From assembly GCA_000091165.1 (NCBI GenBank), contig FP565575.1:1560001-1592000 (forward strand): DNA of 32,000 bases, given 5' to 3'. A program made the position numbers and the translations under genes. Numbering within the stretch: the stretch's first letter is position 1; every line of letters begins with the position of its first letter. Positions 17,401 to 29,392 of this stretch are shown piece by piece. Under the pieces are notes generated by a model. That model was not told where the DNA came from and made no database searches. It saw only the letters and a list, made by a program, of their open reading frames with translations. This stretch comes from Candidatus Methylomirabilis oxygeniifera (GTDB taxonomy: Bacteria; Methylomirabilota; Methylomirabilia; Methylomirabilales; Methylomirabilaceae).

Positions 17401-17537
17401 TAAACCTCCTGTACGCCGGCATTAATAATTCCCATATTACGGATGCCGAGATAGCCGACACCGATCGTGATAACGCCCACCAGGGCGAAACCGATCGTGA
17501 GTTTGGTTACCGTCTTAAGATTTCTGAACCACTGCAT
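14451..17537 (-). CDS. Hybrid sensor histidine kinase: 4-helix-bundle MCP-type sensor, TM, HAMP repeats, PAS, GAF, HisKA, HATPase, REC
   Basis: 1028 aa. The N-terminus is MQWFRNLKTVTKLTIGFALVGVITIG..QHLLAIRAIAEARG.. PAS: NPAFTRLTGYTDEEVIGQNLRLL. GAF: ..LIPYDRMEVVV..ENARLYE. H-box: GVAHDFNNILTGI. N box: NLIFNAMDAM. G1: SDTGVGM. G2: GTGLGLS. REC: RLLVIDDEPLL..DLLITDLGMAGMSG..VVAKPY. Confidence 0.9.
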   Translation of the reverse strand: MQWFRNLKTVTKLTIGFALVGVITIGVGYLGIRNMGIINAGVQEVYEQHLLAIRAIAEARGRTHQIRGWILQHAIEHDPAKMNQLAAQIWDGYRFVEERIGWVGQMRLVRQEQEALDVFKAAVAAYKTYFADDFLPTSSQGKKEEAYNFVLNKGRDRYQASVSAVDALIDLKDNVAKGRYDEAQAIYNRSRILMLSFVVGGLLIGLALGYFIASLIAKAIKRVVAVTEQAAIGDFAARVDLRTEDDLGQMGTAIDQMLARLEDSVGQAMAVLTKGASGDLTLRVRVTGEDRLARMGTALNQTLESFQDSMAQVQQAQHSLLIQAAALQAAANSMVICDLLGRVVWANPAFTRLTGYTDEEVIGQNLRLLKSGKHGQEVYRRLWETILAGRVWYGEIINKRKDGGLYTEEQTITPVRDEHGEILGFVAIKQDITDRKQAEAVVRELNIRLEERADRLDALNRLSKVVSSSLDLESIYQSFAREVKRLIPYDRMEVVVPDDKDAGLRVLKLSIDQPIHRERIASRAERTDIQWMLVQPQPHIESDLAETRQFREDEALLQTAIRSCVRLPLISKGQVIGVLCMASVESCRYGEHELNLLIPLSEQLAMAIENARLYEAAKTATAGLKSAQATLIETERLRAMGQMASGVAHDFNNILTGILGQVLLLQTYLGQGAVAPDELRRNLRLLEQAALDGADIVRKIREATRPRGGEIFAPVSLNEVVAQVLETTRPRWKDQAEAQGLRVMMALELGDVPPVLGNAAELREALTNLIFNAMDAMLQGGTVTISTSRTPQTEHPEVPTLSQGPPDEREWVDLTVSDTGVGMSQSVKARLFEPFFTTKGVQGTGLGLSMVQGIVRRHGGETHITSMEGRGTSVILRLPVAQEGWSESSAPAPPLPQLPSHLRLLVIDDEPLLGETLADLLRLFGYEAVVATSGEAGLARLEAERFDLLITDLGMAGMSGWEVARVSRVSHPELPVIMVTGWGDQLEPAQLATSGVDVVVAKPYTRHALLEALSQALARVDRCGPESP

Positions 17538-17598
17538 AGCTATTTTTTGGAATGAAGGAAAAGCCTGAGGCGGGAGGAGCAGGTGCGACGAAGATAAG

Positions 17599-17674
<76 letters not shown>

Positions 17675-17750
17675 CACAAAAGTAAAGCATGGAGAGCGTG
17701 GAGTGCTGGTATCATTTTACCTTGTCTTCTGGCGCCAGTCTCTTCGCTGT

Positions 17751-17785
17751 CCCACTAAACCCTGGACTCTCTACCCTAAACCCTC
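17751..17785. repeat. CCCTAAA-type C-rich tract (G-rich on the minus strand) just 3' of tRNA-Arg(TCT)
   Basis: The plus strand reads cccactaaaccctggactctctaccctaaaccctc. It shares ctaccctaaaccctc with the tract at 18402-18436. Confidence 0.6.
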
Positions 17786-17793
17786 TATTTTCG

Positions 17794-17870
17794 TGGCGCG
17801 CCCAGGGAGACTCGAACTCCCGACCTACTGCTTAGAAGGCAGCCGCTCTATCCGGCTGAGCTATGGGCGC
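17794..17870 (-). tRNA. tRNA-Arg (anticodon TCT), CCA encoded
   Basis: Minus strand: GCGCCCATAGCTCAGCCGGATAGAGCGGCTGCCTTCTAAGCAGTAGGTCGGGAGTTCGAGTCTCCCTGGGCGCGCCA. Confidence 0.9.
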
Positions 17871-17878
17871 CTGGAAAA

Positions 17879-17970
17879 GCAGCTTTCAGCGATCAGCTTT
17901 CAGTAAAGTACGCAACGTATCGCCTGGTTTTTCCTGAACGCTGACCACTGATGGCTGATAGCTGTTATAG
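17879..17970. repeat. Heptamer repeat pair in the tRNA spacer
   Basis: Left arm: agctttc agcgatc agctttc ag. Right arm: gctgacc actgatg gctgata gctgtta. The arms are about 18/23 complementary. The central ggtttttcctgaacgct is shared with the next spacer. Confidence 0.7.
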
Positions 17971-18047
<77 letters not shown>

Positions 18048-18054
18048 ACAAAAA

Positions 18055-18131
18055 CAGCGATCAGTGATTTAGCATTCAGCAGAGGGCGAAAGTACCGCTC
18101 GGGTTTTTCCTGAACGCTAATAGCTGATGGC
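18055..18131. repeat. Heptamer repeat pair in the tRNA spacer
   Basis: The sequence reads cagcgat cagtgat ttagcat tcagcag ... ggtttttcctgaacgct aatagctgatggc. Confidence 0.65.
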
Positions 18132-18139
18132 CGTCTTAA

Positions 18140-18215
18140 TGGGGTGAACGAAGGGACTCGAACCCTCAACCCCTGGAGCCACAGTCCAGTGCTCTGCCAT
18201 TGAGCTACGCTCACC
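18140..18215 (-). tRNA. tRNA-His (anticodon GTG) with encoded G-1 and CCA
   Basis: Minus strand: G-GTGAGCGTAGCTCAATGGCAGAGCACTGGACTGTGGCTCCAGGGGTTGAGGGTTCGAGTCCCTTCGTTCACCCCA. The extra 5' G lies opposite discriminator C. Confidence 0.9.
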
Positions 18216-18220
18216 ATAAC

Positions 18221-18261
18221 AATAGCCAGTAGCTGACAGCTGTTAGCTATCAGCTATTCTG
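18221..18261. repeat. GCTGACA/GCTATCA hairpin between tRNA-Arg(CCG) and tRNA-His
   Basis: tagctgacagc tgtta gctatcagcta gives 10 of 11 paired positions with a 5-nt loop. Confidence 0.65.
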
Positions 18262-18339
18262 TGGCGCGCCTGGCCCGATTTGAACGGGCGACACACGGCT
18301 CCGGAGGCCGTTGCTCTGTCCGGGCTGAGCTACAGGCGC
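18262..18339 (-). tRNA. tRNA-Arg (anticodon CCG), CCA encoded
   Basis: Minus strand: GCGCCTGTAGCTCAGCCCGGACAGAGCAACGGCCTCCGGAGCCGTGTGTCGCCCGTTCAAATCGGGCCAGGCGCGCCA. Confidence 0.9.
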
Positions 18340-18401
18340 ATAAGTACAGGGTATAGGAGCTAGGATATAAAAGCCCACAAGTAAACCTCACTCTCCAATT
18401 A

Positions 18402-18436
18402 CCCTACACCCTAGACCCTCTACCCTAAACCCTCGT
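18402..18436. repeat. Five tandem heptamers CCCTNNA (TNNAGGG on the minus strand) just 3' of tRNA-Pro
   Basis: The sequence reads ccctaca ccctaga ccctcta ccctaaa ccctcgt. The C3 runs start at 18402, 18409, 18416, 18423 and 18430, an exact 7-nt period. Confidence 0.85.
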
Positions 18437-18442
18437 ATGTCG

Positions 18443-18519
<77 letters not shown>

Positions 18520-18566
18520 CCGTGGATCTCTCCCAACTCTATCGCCGACATCGATCTTCGATCAGC

Positions 18567-19169
18567 TCACGTCGTAGCCGACGCCAGACGTTGTAGCAAC
18601 GGTTTTATGTCCAGGAGCGCCCGCGCACGATGGCTGATCCGATTTTTTACGTCCGGCTGAAGCGAGGCCATCGATGCGCCAAGGTCTGGAACGATAAAAA
18701 TTGGATCGTAGCCGAACCCACCATTGCCGCTAGGGGCCTCCGCGATCATCCCGTCACAACTCCCATAAGAAAGGGCCAGCTCTCCTCCAGGACCGGCCAC
18801 GGCCACCACGCACTGAAAACGAGCGCCACGCCGGGAGCACGGTATCCCTTCCAGTAGCTCAAGAATCCGCTGATTGCGCTCCAGATCCGTAGCCGTAGGG
18901 CCAAGGTAACGGCTTGAGCATACCCCGGGCTGTCCCTCAAGGGCGTCCACCTCGAGACCCGAATCGTCCGCAAGAACCCAGCAGCCGCTGAAGGCTGCAA
19001 CCGCCTTCGCCTTAGCCGCCGCGTTCTCAGCGTATGTGACACCCGCCTCATCAGGCGGGTTATACCCGCGAAGCGAGGCAAGCGGCAAAAAAGAAATCCT
19101 CAGATCGCTGAGGATAGTTACGACTTCCCGAAATTTTCCCGCGTTTGCCGTCGCTACAATCACCTGCAT
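18567..19169 (-). CDS. rdgB: Non-canonical purine NTP pyrophosphatase (RdgB/HAM1 family)
   Basis: ORF 18567..19196 trimmed to ATG 19167-19169. Product has [15 protein letters not shown].., ..[23 protein letters not shown].. and ..[12 protein letters not shown].. Confidence 0.85.
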   Translation of the reverse strand: MQVIVATANAGKFREVVTILSDLRISFLPLASLRGYNPPDEAGVTYAENAAAKAKAVAAFSGCWVLADDSGLEVDALEGQPGVCSSRYLGPTATDLERNQRILELLEGIPCSRRGARFQCVVAVAGPGGELALSYGSCDGMIAEAPSGNGGFGYDPIFIVPDLGASMASLQPDVKNRISHRARALLDIKPLLQRLASATT

Positions 19170-19205
19170 TCTAGAAACCTCATCCCCTGATGTCAAGCTG
19201 CATCT

Positions 19206-19982
19206 TTACATCTTCAGGCTGTTGATGTCGGTTCCCAGAAGTTGACGTTGAAGGTCGACAAGCTGATCAATCCCTCGCGTCGCCAGGTCGAGCATCCGGT
19301 CCAACTGGGCCTTGTCGTAAGGAACCTCTTCGGCCGTTCCCTGCACCTCAACAAATTTCCTGGCGCCTGTCATCACCACGTTCATATCGACATCAGCCAT
19401 AGAGTCCTCGGCATAGTTGAGGTCCAGCAACAGTTCCCCGTCCACATACCCGATGCTGATGCCAGCGACGAAATCTTTCAGGAGTGGTCCTTTGAGTTGC
19501 CCGTTCTCTTGAAGACGGGACAGCGCATCGGCCATCGCAACGAAAGCCCCCGTAATGGCGGTCGTCCGAGTGCCTCCATCGGCCTGGATCACGTCGCAAT
19601 CGATCAGCACGGTCCGTTCCCCTAATCGCGTAAGATCGATCACCGCGCGCAGGGACCGGCCAATGAGACGCTGGATCTCGAATGTTCGACCGCTGGCCCT
19701 CCCGGTTGCCGATTCTCGCGGCGTTCTCGTCTTTGTCGCGCGTGGGAGCATTCCATATTCCGCAGTCACCCACCCTTGACCGGTCGCACGCAGGAACGGC
19801 GGAACCTTCTCTTCGACCGTAGCAGTGCACAGGACTCTGGTCTCGCCGACTTCAATGAGCAGCGACCCCTCGGCATGCCTGAGGTAGCCGCGGTCCACCT
19901 TCACCGGCCTGATCTCATCTATCTTTCGTCCATCACTCCTCACAAGATCTCCTTTCGCGTGATCGCCGGCCAACCGCCTCAA
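19206..19982 (-). CDS. rph: Ribonuclease PH
   Basis: ..[68 protein letters not shown].. The track start at 19982 is a TTG that overlaps the upstream TGA. A GTG 13 codons in, preceded by GGAG, is an alternative start. Confidence 0.88.
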   Translation of the reverse strand: MRRLAGDHAKGDLVRSDGRKIDEIRPVKVDRGYLRHAEGSLLIEVGETRVLCTATVEEKVPPFLRATGQGWVTAEYGMLPRATKTRTPRESATGRASGRTFEIQRLIGRSLRAVIDLTRLGERTVLIDCDVIQADGGTRTTAITGAFVAMADALSRLQENGQLKGPLLKDFVAGISIGYVDGELLLDLNYAEDSMADVDMNVVMTGARKFVEVQGTAEEVPYDKAQLDRMLDLATRGIDQLVDLQRQLLGTDINSLKM

Positions 19983-20548
19983 AAGACGTACTGGGGAGGT
20001 AGGGCCATTCGAGCATCAACATGTCCTGCTAATGTCGGAATCTCCGCTCCCTCTACAAGGATCTGTACACGTTTGATCTGAGTGAAGTTCGAGGTAAGCG
20101 TATTGACGATAGAGAATACGGTATACAGCTCCTCTTGTGCGCCTCCGGGCAGACCATCACGCAACCCCTGGTTGAAATCAACGTACGCAGTCCCGGATGA
20201 ATCGATAAAGAGATTCAACAGCTTGGCCTCGTGGGGGACCGTTGGCGCAACGTTGCCACTCTGCGGCCCCTTTATCAGCTCGGTTACAGTCCGCTTGGCA
20301 TCTTCTGTCGCCGTCGCCACACTTTCTATCTCTCTGTGTTCCTCACGAAAGGAATGATCATCACGAGCTACAAAGAAGAGTGTCACGCCCTTCCGCCCAC
20401 CTTCGGACGTCATCTTCCCCGCCTCTAAGGCAGTTGGTCTGACAGCAGGCCTGTTCACCGTAACCCTTCCGACGCTCCATAGAGCAACCGCACCGATGAT
20501 CACCACCAGTAAGGCAATGGGGGCAGCCATAGTCCTGAGGTTGCGCAT
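19979..20548 (-). CDS. GerMN-domain lipoprotein/secreted protein
   Basis: 189 aa with an N-terminal hydrophobic anchor ([17 protein letters not shown]). The rest shows the GerMN pattern: ..[59 protein letters not shown].. The start could be the second ATG at 20530. Confidence 0.7.
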   Translation of the reverse strand: MRNLRTMAAPIALLVVIIGAVALWSVGRVTVNRPAVRPTALEAGKMTSEGGRKGVTLFFVARDDHSFREEHREIESVATATEDAKRTVTELIKGPQSGNVAPTVPHEAKLLNLFIDSSGTAYVDFNQGLRDGLPGGAQEELYTVFSIVNTLTSNFTQIKRVQILVEGAEIPTLAGHVDARMALPPQYVF

Positions 20549-20550
20549 TG

Positions 20551-21918
20551 TTATTTGACGCTGAAGGCTGAAGGCTGAAGGCTAATTGCGGAACGCGTAG
20601 GGATCGCTCCTACGCGCTTCTCATATCTTGCCTTGAACTTGCCAATACCGGCCAGTAGCGCTTGAGCGATCTGTTGTCGATACGCTTCCTGCTCAAGCTT
20701 GTATTCTTCATCCGGATTCGTGATGAAAGCCACTTCAACAAGGACCGACGGCATCGCGGCCCCGATCAGCACGAAAAAGGGAGCCGATTTAACCCCGCGA
20801 TTGTCGACCTTGAGACTACGTCCGAGTTCGTTCAGTAGGAGCTCCGCCAACTCACTCGATTCCTTGACGTAGAACGTTTGGGCCATATTCCAGAGCACAG
20901 TTTTCAAACCCCGCTGGGCCCCCTGACCGACACCTTCAAGATTGAGGGCGGTATTCTCTCTGACGGCAGAAGCCCTTGCGCCTCGATCGGATGGCTCGCG
21001 GCTCAAGAAATAGGTCTCAAAACCGATCGCACGACTTCGCGGAGCGGCGTTGACATGCAAGCTGATGAAAAAATCAGCTTGGTGTCGATTGGCAATCATA
21101 GTCCGGCTCTCAAGTGGGACAAAGACATCTTCCGTCCTAGTCATGACAACCTTCATCCCGAGAGTCTCTTCGACCAGTCGCTGTAACCTGAGGCCGATAT
21201 CCAGTACGATATCTTTCTCTTTCGCTCCTGACCGGCCGATCGCCCCCGAATCTCTTCCTCCATGACCTGGATCGATCACGATCGTCATGACGATTTGTTC
21301 CGGCAACGGTGCTTCAGGTGGATCAGTCGGCTCGCCGCCTCGAGCCGCCGGTTTTGGCTGAGCTGCTCGTCCTGGTGTCGTCTTTATGGCGCTATCCGGC
21401 TGTGGTGCCAGGTCCTCCCGCGCTTCGCGAGGAAAAAGATCGACGACAATCCGGTCAGGCCTTTCCAGGGCAAAAATCTTACTCCACAAGCGGCGTCCTG
21501 TCCCATAAATGGTAATCTGGGCATCGTTGCCAAGCTGCCGAACTTCGATGGAGGCCACAAGGCTATCAGAAACTTCGATGCCTCGAATGGAAGGACTCAT
21601 AATCCCTTGCCTCACCTCCAGCACAACTCGCCCTGATGCACCGTCATCTCTAAGGAAGAACTCATGCGGTCGCGTTCCTTCCAAGACAACCCGCGTATGG
21701 TCGCGGTATGTACGAAAGCGTAACAGGCGCAGTGAATGCGGCCAATTGACTTGGGTGGCCTCCGCCAAAGAAACGAACATAGCCGCAATCAGGACTCCAC
21801 AAACCAGAAAGGCTGACCACGTTGCTGATTGTGTAACCCGACTCATGCAGATCACGCAGGGTCCCTTGTCCATCGTCGCACCGTAACCGTCGCGCTTCCC
21901 ATCTGACTCGTCCTTCAT
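20551..21918 (-). CDS. N-acetylmuramoyl-L-alanine amidase with an AMIN domain (AmiC-like)
   Basis: ORF 20551..22059 trimmed to ATG 21916-21918 (AGAGGA upstream), because the longer form overlaps the 5S gene and its terminator. AMIN: RVVLEGTRPHEFFL..RVVLEV. Amidase_3: VIDPGHGGRDSGAIG..FISLHVNA..VLVEVAFITNP. Confidence 0.85.
   Translation of the reverse strand: MKDESDGKRDGYGATMDKGPCVICMSRVTQSATWSAFLVCGVLIAAMFVSLAEATQVNWPHSLRLLRFRTYRDHTRVVLEGTRPHEFFLRDDGASGRVVLEVRQGIMSPSIRGIEVSDSLVASIEVRQLGNDAQITIYGTGRRLWSKIFALERPDRIVVDLFPREAREDLAPQPDSAIKTTPGRAAQPKPAARGGEPTDPPEAPLPEQIVMTIVIDPGHGGRDSGAIGRSGAKEKDIVLDIGLRLQRLVEETLGMKVVMTRTEDVFVPLESRTMIANRHQADFFISLHVNAAPRSRAIGFETYFLSREPSDRGARASAVRENTALNLEGVGQGAQRGLKTVLWNMAQTFYVKESSELAELLLNELGRSLKVDNRGVKSAPFFVLIGAAMPSVLVEVAFITNPDEEYKLEQEAYRQQIAQALLAGIGKFKARYEKRVGAIPTRSAISLQPSAFSVK
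20560..20583. repeat. (GCTGAAG)x3 tandem heptamers lying inside the last codons of the amidase ORF
   Basis: gctgaag gctgaag gctgaag gct. Read on the minus strand it encodes ..SLQPSAFS.. Confidence 0.85.
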
Positions 21919-21963
21919 CGCGAAAGTCCTCTTGCCAGCCGATCGAAGCCAAACGCCACTACC

Positions 21964-22004
21964 ATAAAAAGAAAAGCCCGCACGTTCCTCCCATGCGGGC
22001 TTTT
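21964..22004 (-). terminator. Rho-independent terminator of the rRNA operon
   Basis: Minus strand: AAAAGCCCGCA-tgggaggaacg-TGCGGGCTTTT followed by CTTTTTA. The stem arms are 21972-21982 and 21994-22004. It starts 8 nt after the 5S 3' end. Confidence 0.8.
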
Positions 22005-22011
22005 CGAATAA

Positions 22012-22130
22012 ATCCTGGCGGCGACCTACTCTCCCGCGCAGTTGCCCACGCAGTACCATCGGCGCTGGAGGGCTTCACTTCCGTGTTCGGAATGGGAACG
22101 GGTGTTTCCCCTCCGCTATGGCCACCAGGA
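22012..22130 (-). rRNA. rrf: 5S rRNA
   Basis: Minus strand: TCCTGGTGGCCATAGCGGAGGGGAAACACCCGTTCCCATTCCGAACACGGAAGTGAAGCCCTCCAGCGCCGATGGTACTGCG..GGGAGAGTAGGTCGCCGCCAGGAT. The 5S motifs are conserved and the termini are complementary. Confidence 0.92.
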
Positions 22131-22172
22131 ATGATTCAGCTTTCCGGATCTTCCGTGTTGCGTCGACCTGCG

Positions 22173-22514
22173 TTACCGCGCCGATCTACCTTCAACCAAA
22201 GGATTTACGCGAATTCGATCCTTGATTCTCGCGAACTCTTTTCGACCCAGCACCTTTCTGGAGATTAACTCGTCAAGTGTGTGATAGGGCCGATGCTGTA
22301 CAATTCGTCCCGCGACCTCTGGCCCGAATCCCGGCAGCTTTTGGAGCTCGCGAATCGACGCTGTGTTCAGATCCACTTTTCTCGCGGGCGCGTTTACGGC
22401 GGCGTGTCCGGCTCTCGCGGCGGTGCCACGTCCTACCCCCTGCCACGCTTCCGAGCCACTTATTATCGTGGCTGCGCCGAACATACTCACTACCGTTACC
22501 GCGACCCGCTTCAT
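22173..22514 (-). CDS. ComEA-like helix-hairpin-helix DNA-binding protein with a signal peptide, located between 23S and 5S
   Basis: ORF 22173..22562 trimmed to ATG 22512-22514 because the longer form would overlap the 23S 3' end. Signal peptide: MKRVAVTVVSMFGAATIISGSEA. HhH pattern: ..KVDLNTASIRELQKLPGFGPEVAGRIVQHRPYHTLDELISRKVLGRKEFARIKDRIRV. AGGA lies about 9 nt upstream. Confidence 0.75.
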   Translation of the reverse strand: MKRVAVTVVSMFGAATIISGSEAWQGVGRGTAARAGHAAVNAPARKVDLNTASIRELQKLPGFGPEVAGRIVQHRPYHTLDELISRKVLGRKEFARIKDRIRVNPLVEGRSAR

Positions 22515-22547
22515 TGCCACGAATCCTATACAGAAAGAAAAAAAATT

Positions 22548-25577
<3,030 letters not shown>

Positions 25578-25633
25578 AATTCTAAATTTTATATCGAGGT
25601 CTGTATTTCGTGGAGACCCGGATCGCTATTCAA

Positions 25634-25646
25634 TTGTCAAAGAGCC
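25634..25646 (-). promoter_or_regulatory. boxA-like antitermination element in the 16S-23S spacer
   Basis: The minus strand reads GGCTCTTTGACAA, against the E. coli boxA TGCTCTTTAACAA. Confidence 0.6.
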
Positions 25647-25723
25647 CTACGAGCGGTGCCCGTACAAGCTGTGTTCCAATATTCCTTATGCAACGTCAGG
25701 GGCAAAGCCCACTACCGTCTTCT

Positions 25724-25799
25724 TGGTGGAGATGAGCGGAATCGAACCGCTGACCCCCTGCTTGCAAAGCAGGTGCTCTCCCGTCTGAGCTACATCCCC
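25724..25799 (-). tRNA. tRNA-Ala (anticodon TGC), CCA encoded, G3:U70 present
   Basis: Minus strand: GGGGATGTAGCTCAGACGGGAGAGCACCTGCTTTGCAAGCAGGGGGTCAGCGGTTCGATTCCGCTCATCTCCACCA. Confidence 0.9.
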
Positions 25800-25869
25800 C
25801 ATGCGCATTGCGGATGCGGGCGGTTTCCCGATACTCAACCGGAATTCAACGCCGATACCCGAAATGAGA

Positions 25870-25946
25870 TGGTGGGCCTTCCTGGGATCGAACCAGGGAC
25901 CTCACGCTTATCAAGCGTGCGCTCTAACCAGCTGAGCTAAAGGCCC
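25870..25946 (-). tRNA. tRNA-Ile (anticodon GAT), CCA encoded
   Basis: Minus strand: GGGCCTTTAGCTCAGCTGGTTAGAGCGCACGCTTGATAAGCGTGAGGTCCCTGGTTCGATCCCAGGAAGGCCCACCA. Confidence 0.9.
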
Positions 25947-26087
25947 CCTTTCGACTAAACTGCGGATCGATTTCAGACGCGTGCTTTGACCAGTCCGCCG
26001 ATCCGACGTGTCATGAAGCACGACTCAAAAGAAAGGATAAATATCGTTGCTACGAACCTGGGGTAAATTGACCTGGGAGTTTTAACT

Positions 26088-27657
<1,570 letters not shown>

Positions 27658-27758
27658 TAGAACTTACGAGGTACTAGCCTCGAAGCAGACTTTCCGTTGC
27701 CGGTCCGTCCGCTCTGGCTGACTTCATCCGCCCTCAAGTCAGTAGCAACGATATTCTA

Positions 27759-27771
27759 TTGTCAAAGAGCC
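27759..27771 (-). promoter_or_regulatory. boxA-like antitermination element in the rRNA leader
   Basis: The minus strand reads GGCTCTTTGACAA, the same 13-mer as at 25634-25646. Confidence 0.6.
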
Positions 27772-27774
27772 GTT

Positions 27775-27799
27775 ATAAAAACCCGGCAAGGTTGCCGGG
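27775..27799 (-). promoter_or_regulatory. boxB-like leader hairpin followed by a T-run, immediately upstream of boxA
   Basis: Minus strand: CCCGGCA-acct-TGCCGGG then TTTTTAT. The stem is 7 bp. Confidence 0.5.
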
Positions 27800-27815
27800 C
27801 ACCACATCTCTATTC

Positions 27816-27844
27816 AATATAGAGCATCGCGCGTAAAGCGTCAA
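27816..27844 (-). promoter_or_regulatory. rRNA promoter P2 (sigma-70 type)
   Basis: The minus strand reads TTGACG-N17-TATATT, with the -35 at 27839-27844 and the -10 at 27816-27821. Confidence 0.6.
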
Positions 27845-27870
27845 TGGCTAATATCGAACAGTGAAGCTGT

Positions 27871-27900
27871 AATGTACAGGAATGCCATTATAGCTGTCAA
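27871..27900 (-). promoter_or_regulatory. rRNA promoter P1 candidate (sigma-70 type) with an upstream A-tract
   Basis: The minus strand reads CCCCAAAAAACAC-TTGACA-N18-TACATT. The -35 hexamer (27895-27900) contains the tyrS TGA stop (27897-27899). Confidence 0.45.
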
Positions 27901-29144
27901 GTGTTTTTTGGGGTGGGAACGCTCTTTTTTACTCTACGGAAAAATCGCTTCCCTACCTTCAGTAAGTGTTCGCAATCCAGCGATACTCGCGCACATTCAT
28001 TCCGCACCACCTGCCCGTCAAGACTGACCCCACCCTGGCGGATAAGCCTCCGGGCTTCCGAGAGGCTCTTCGTCCCTCCTGATTCCTTGATCAGCCAGAC
28101 GAGATCAACCGCAGCTCGCTCATCCTCCACCGCAAACAGACTGATCTCGTCCGGCAGCCTCTTGTCTCGGAACATCCGGTCGAACTCGAGAGCCGCCTCC
28201 TCGGCGGCCTGCTCCCCCCGGTAGAGCGCAACCAGCTCCCAGGCCACCTTGGCTTTCGCTGTCCTGGGATGAAGGGTGCCGAGCTTCAATCCCTCATCCA
28301 TAGCCTCTACGGCCTCCGGCAATACCCCGGCCACCAGCTCGGCATATTTCACAATCAGCTCATCTGGAATCGACATGGCCTTCCCATATACCTCCCTGGC
28401 CGGCTCATCAATCCCAATATAGTTGCCGAGACTCTTGCTCATCTTTTGAACGCCATCGGTCCCTTCAATCAGGGGCGTGATGAGCGCAACTTGAGGTTCC
28501 TGCCCATACGCCCGCTGCAACTCCCGTCCTACAAGTAGATTAAACTTCTGATCGGTGCCGCCTAATTCGACATCAGCCCTGAGCACCACGGAATCATACC
28601 CTTGAGCCAGTGGGTACAGAAACTCATGAACGCCGATGGGCCGTCCCTCCCGGTATCGCTTTTGGAAATCGTCCCGCTCGAGCAGTCGAGCGACCGTATG
28701 CTGTGCCGCCAGACGGATCACGCCGGCGAAATCCATTCGACTCAGCCACTCACTGTTAAAGCGGATCTCCGTTCGATCTTCATCGAGGATCCGAAATATC
28801 TGCCTCTTATACGTATCCGCGTTCGCCTGCACTTCCTCAACGCTCAATGGCTTACGGGTCTCTGATCTACCCGTCGGGTCGCCGATCATACCGGTAAAAT
28901 CGCCAATGAGGAATATCACCTGGTGGCCGAAATCCTGAAACTGGCGCAGCTTCCTCAGGACGACCGTGTGGCCGAGGTGCAGGTCCGGCGCTGAGGGGTC
29001 GGCGCCGAGTTTGATGCGAAGCGGAATGCCGGTCCGCAACGAGCGCTCGAGCTTCTCAAGCAACTCTGCGTCCGACATAATCTCCACCGCACCACGCCGA
29101 ATGGCGCACAGTTGCTCATAGGCTTGCGCTTTCAGATCATTCAT
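27897..29144 (-). CDS. tyrS: Tyrosine--tRNA ligase with a C-terminal S4-like domain
   Basis: ORF 27897..29327 trimmed to ATG 29142-29144 (GGAG 10 nt upstream). HIGH-type motif: ..[11 protein letters not shown].. KMSKS motif: ..[12 protein letters not shown].. The C-terminus has ..[17 protein letters not shown].. Confidence 0.9.
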   Translation of the reverse strand: MNDLKAQAYEQLCAIRRGAVEIMSDAELLEKLERSLRTGIPLRIKLGADPSAPDLHLGHTVVLRKLRQFQDFGHQVIFLIGDFTGMIGDPTGRSETRKPLSVEEVQANADTYKRQIFRILDEDRTEIRFNSEWLSRMDFAGVIRLAAQHTVARLLERDDFQKRYREGRPIGVHEFLYPLAQGYDSVVLRADVELGGTDQKFNLLVGRELQRAYGQEPQVALITPLIEGTDGVQKMSKSLGNYIGIDEPAREVYGKAMSIPDELIVKYAELVAGVLPEAVEAMDEGLKLGTLHPRTAKAKVAWELVALYRGEQAAEEAALEFDRMFRDKRLPDEISLFAVEDERAAVDLVWLIKESGGTKSLSEARRLIRQGGVSLDGQVVRNECARVSLDCEHLLKVGKRFFRRVKKSVPTPKNT

Positions 29145-29321
29145 TTGTGGTTTCTCCGCCAGGTTAGTGGTTGTTTTTCTAGCACAATAGCGGCCTCGTC
29201 GCAACCCCAAACCTCTCTTCCCCGTATCTTGTTGACCGGGGCAGGGTGGTGAGGGCGGCAATGCTTGTGAGGGCCTAACCCCTCTGTTATAGTGTGGCCA
29301 TCGCGGTCGTTCCTTGGAAAA

Positions 29322-29392
29322 CAGCATTCAGCCATCAGCCGCAGCAAACCAAAGGGATAAATCAGAAGGGCTGAAAGCTGAATACCGACAGC
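29322..29392. repeat. Heptamer repeat pair in the tyrS / PBP divergent region
   Basis: The sequence reads cagcat tcagcca tcagccg cagc ... ctgaaag ctgaata ccgacag c. Confidence 0.65.

Noticed and set aside
18520-18566. A weak sigma-70-like pair (CTGATC-N18-TAGAGT) just upstream of tRNA-Pro, as the tRNA operon promoter.
   Set aside because: The -35 matches only 3 of 6 positions. The cluster could equally be co-transcribed with rph-rdgB, so I could not support it from sequence alone.
21919-22059. N-terminal 47 codons of the amidase ORF as drawn in the track.
   Set aside because: This extension overlaps the 5S rRNA 3' end and the rRNA terminator hairpin. An internal ATG at 21918 has a good AGAGGA ribosome-binding site and precedes the hydrophobic signal segment.
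29145-29327. N-terminal 61 codons of the tyrS ORF as drawn in the track.
   Set aside because: The extension is Pro/Arg/Gly-rich with no similarity to TyrRS N-termini. The ATG at 29144 has GGAG upstream and gives a normal-length (415 aa) enzyme.
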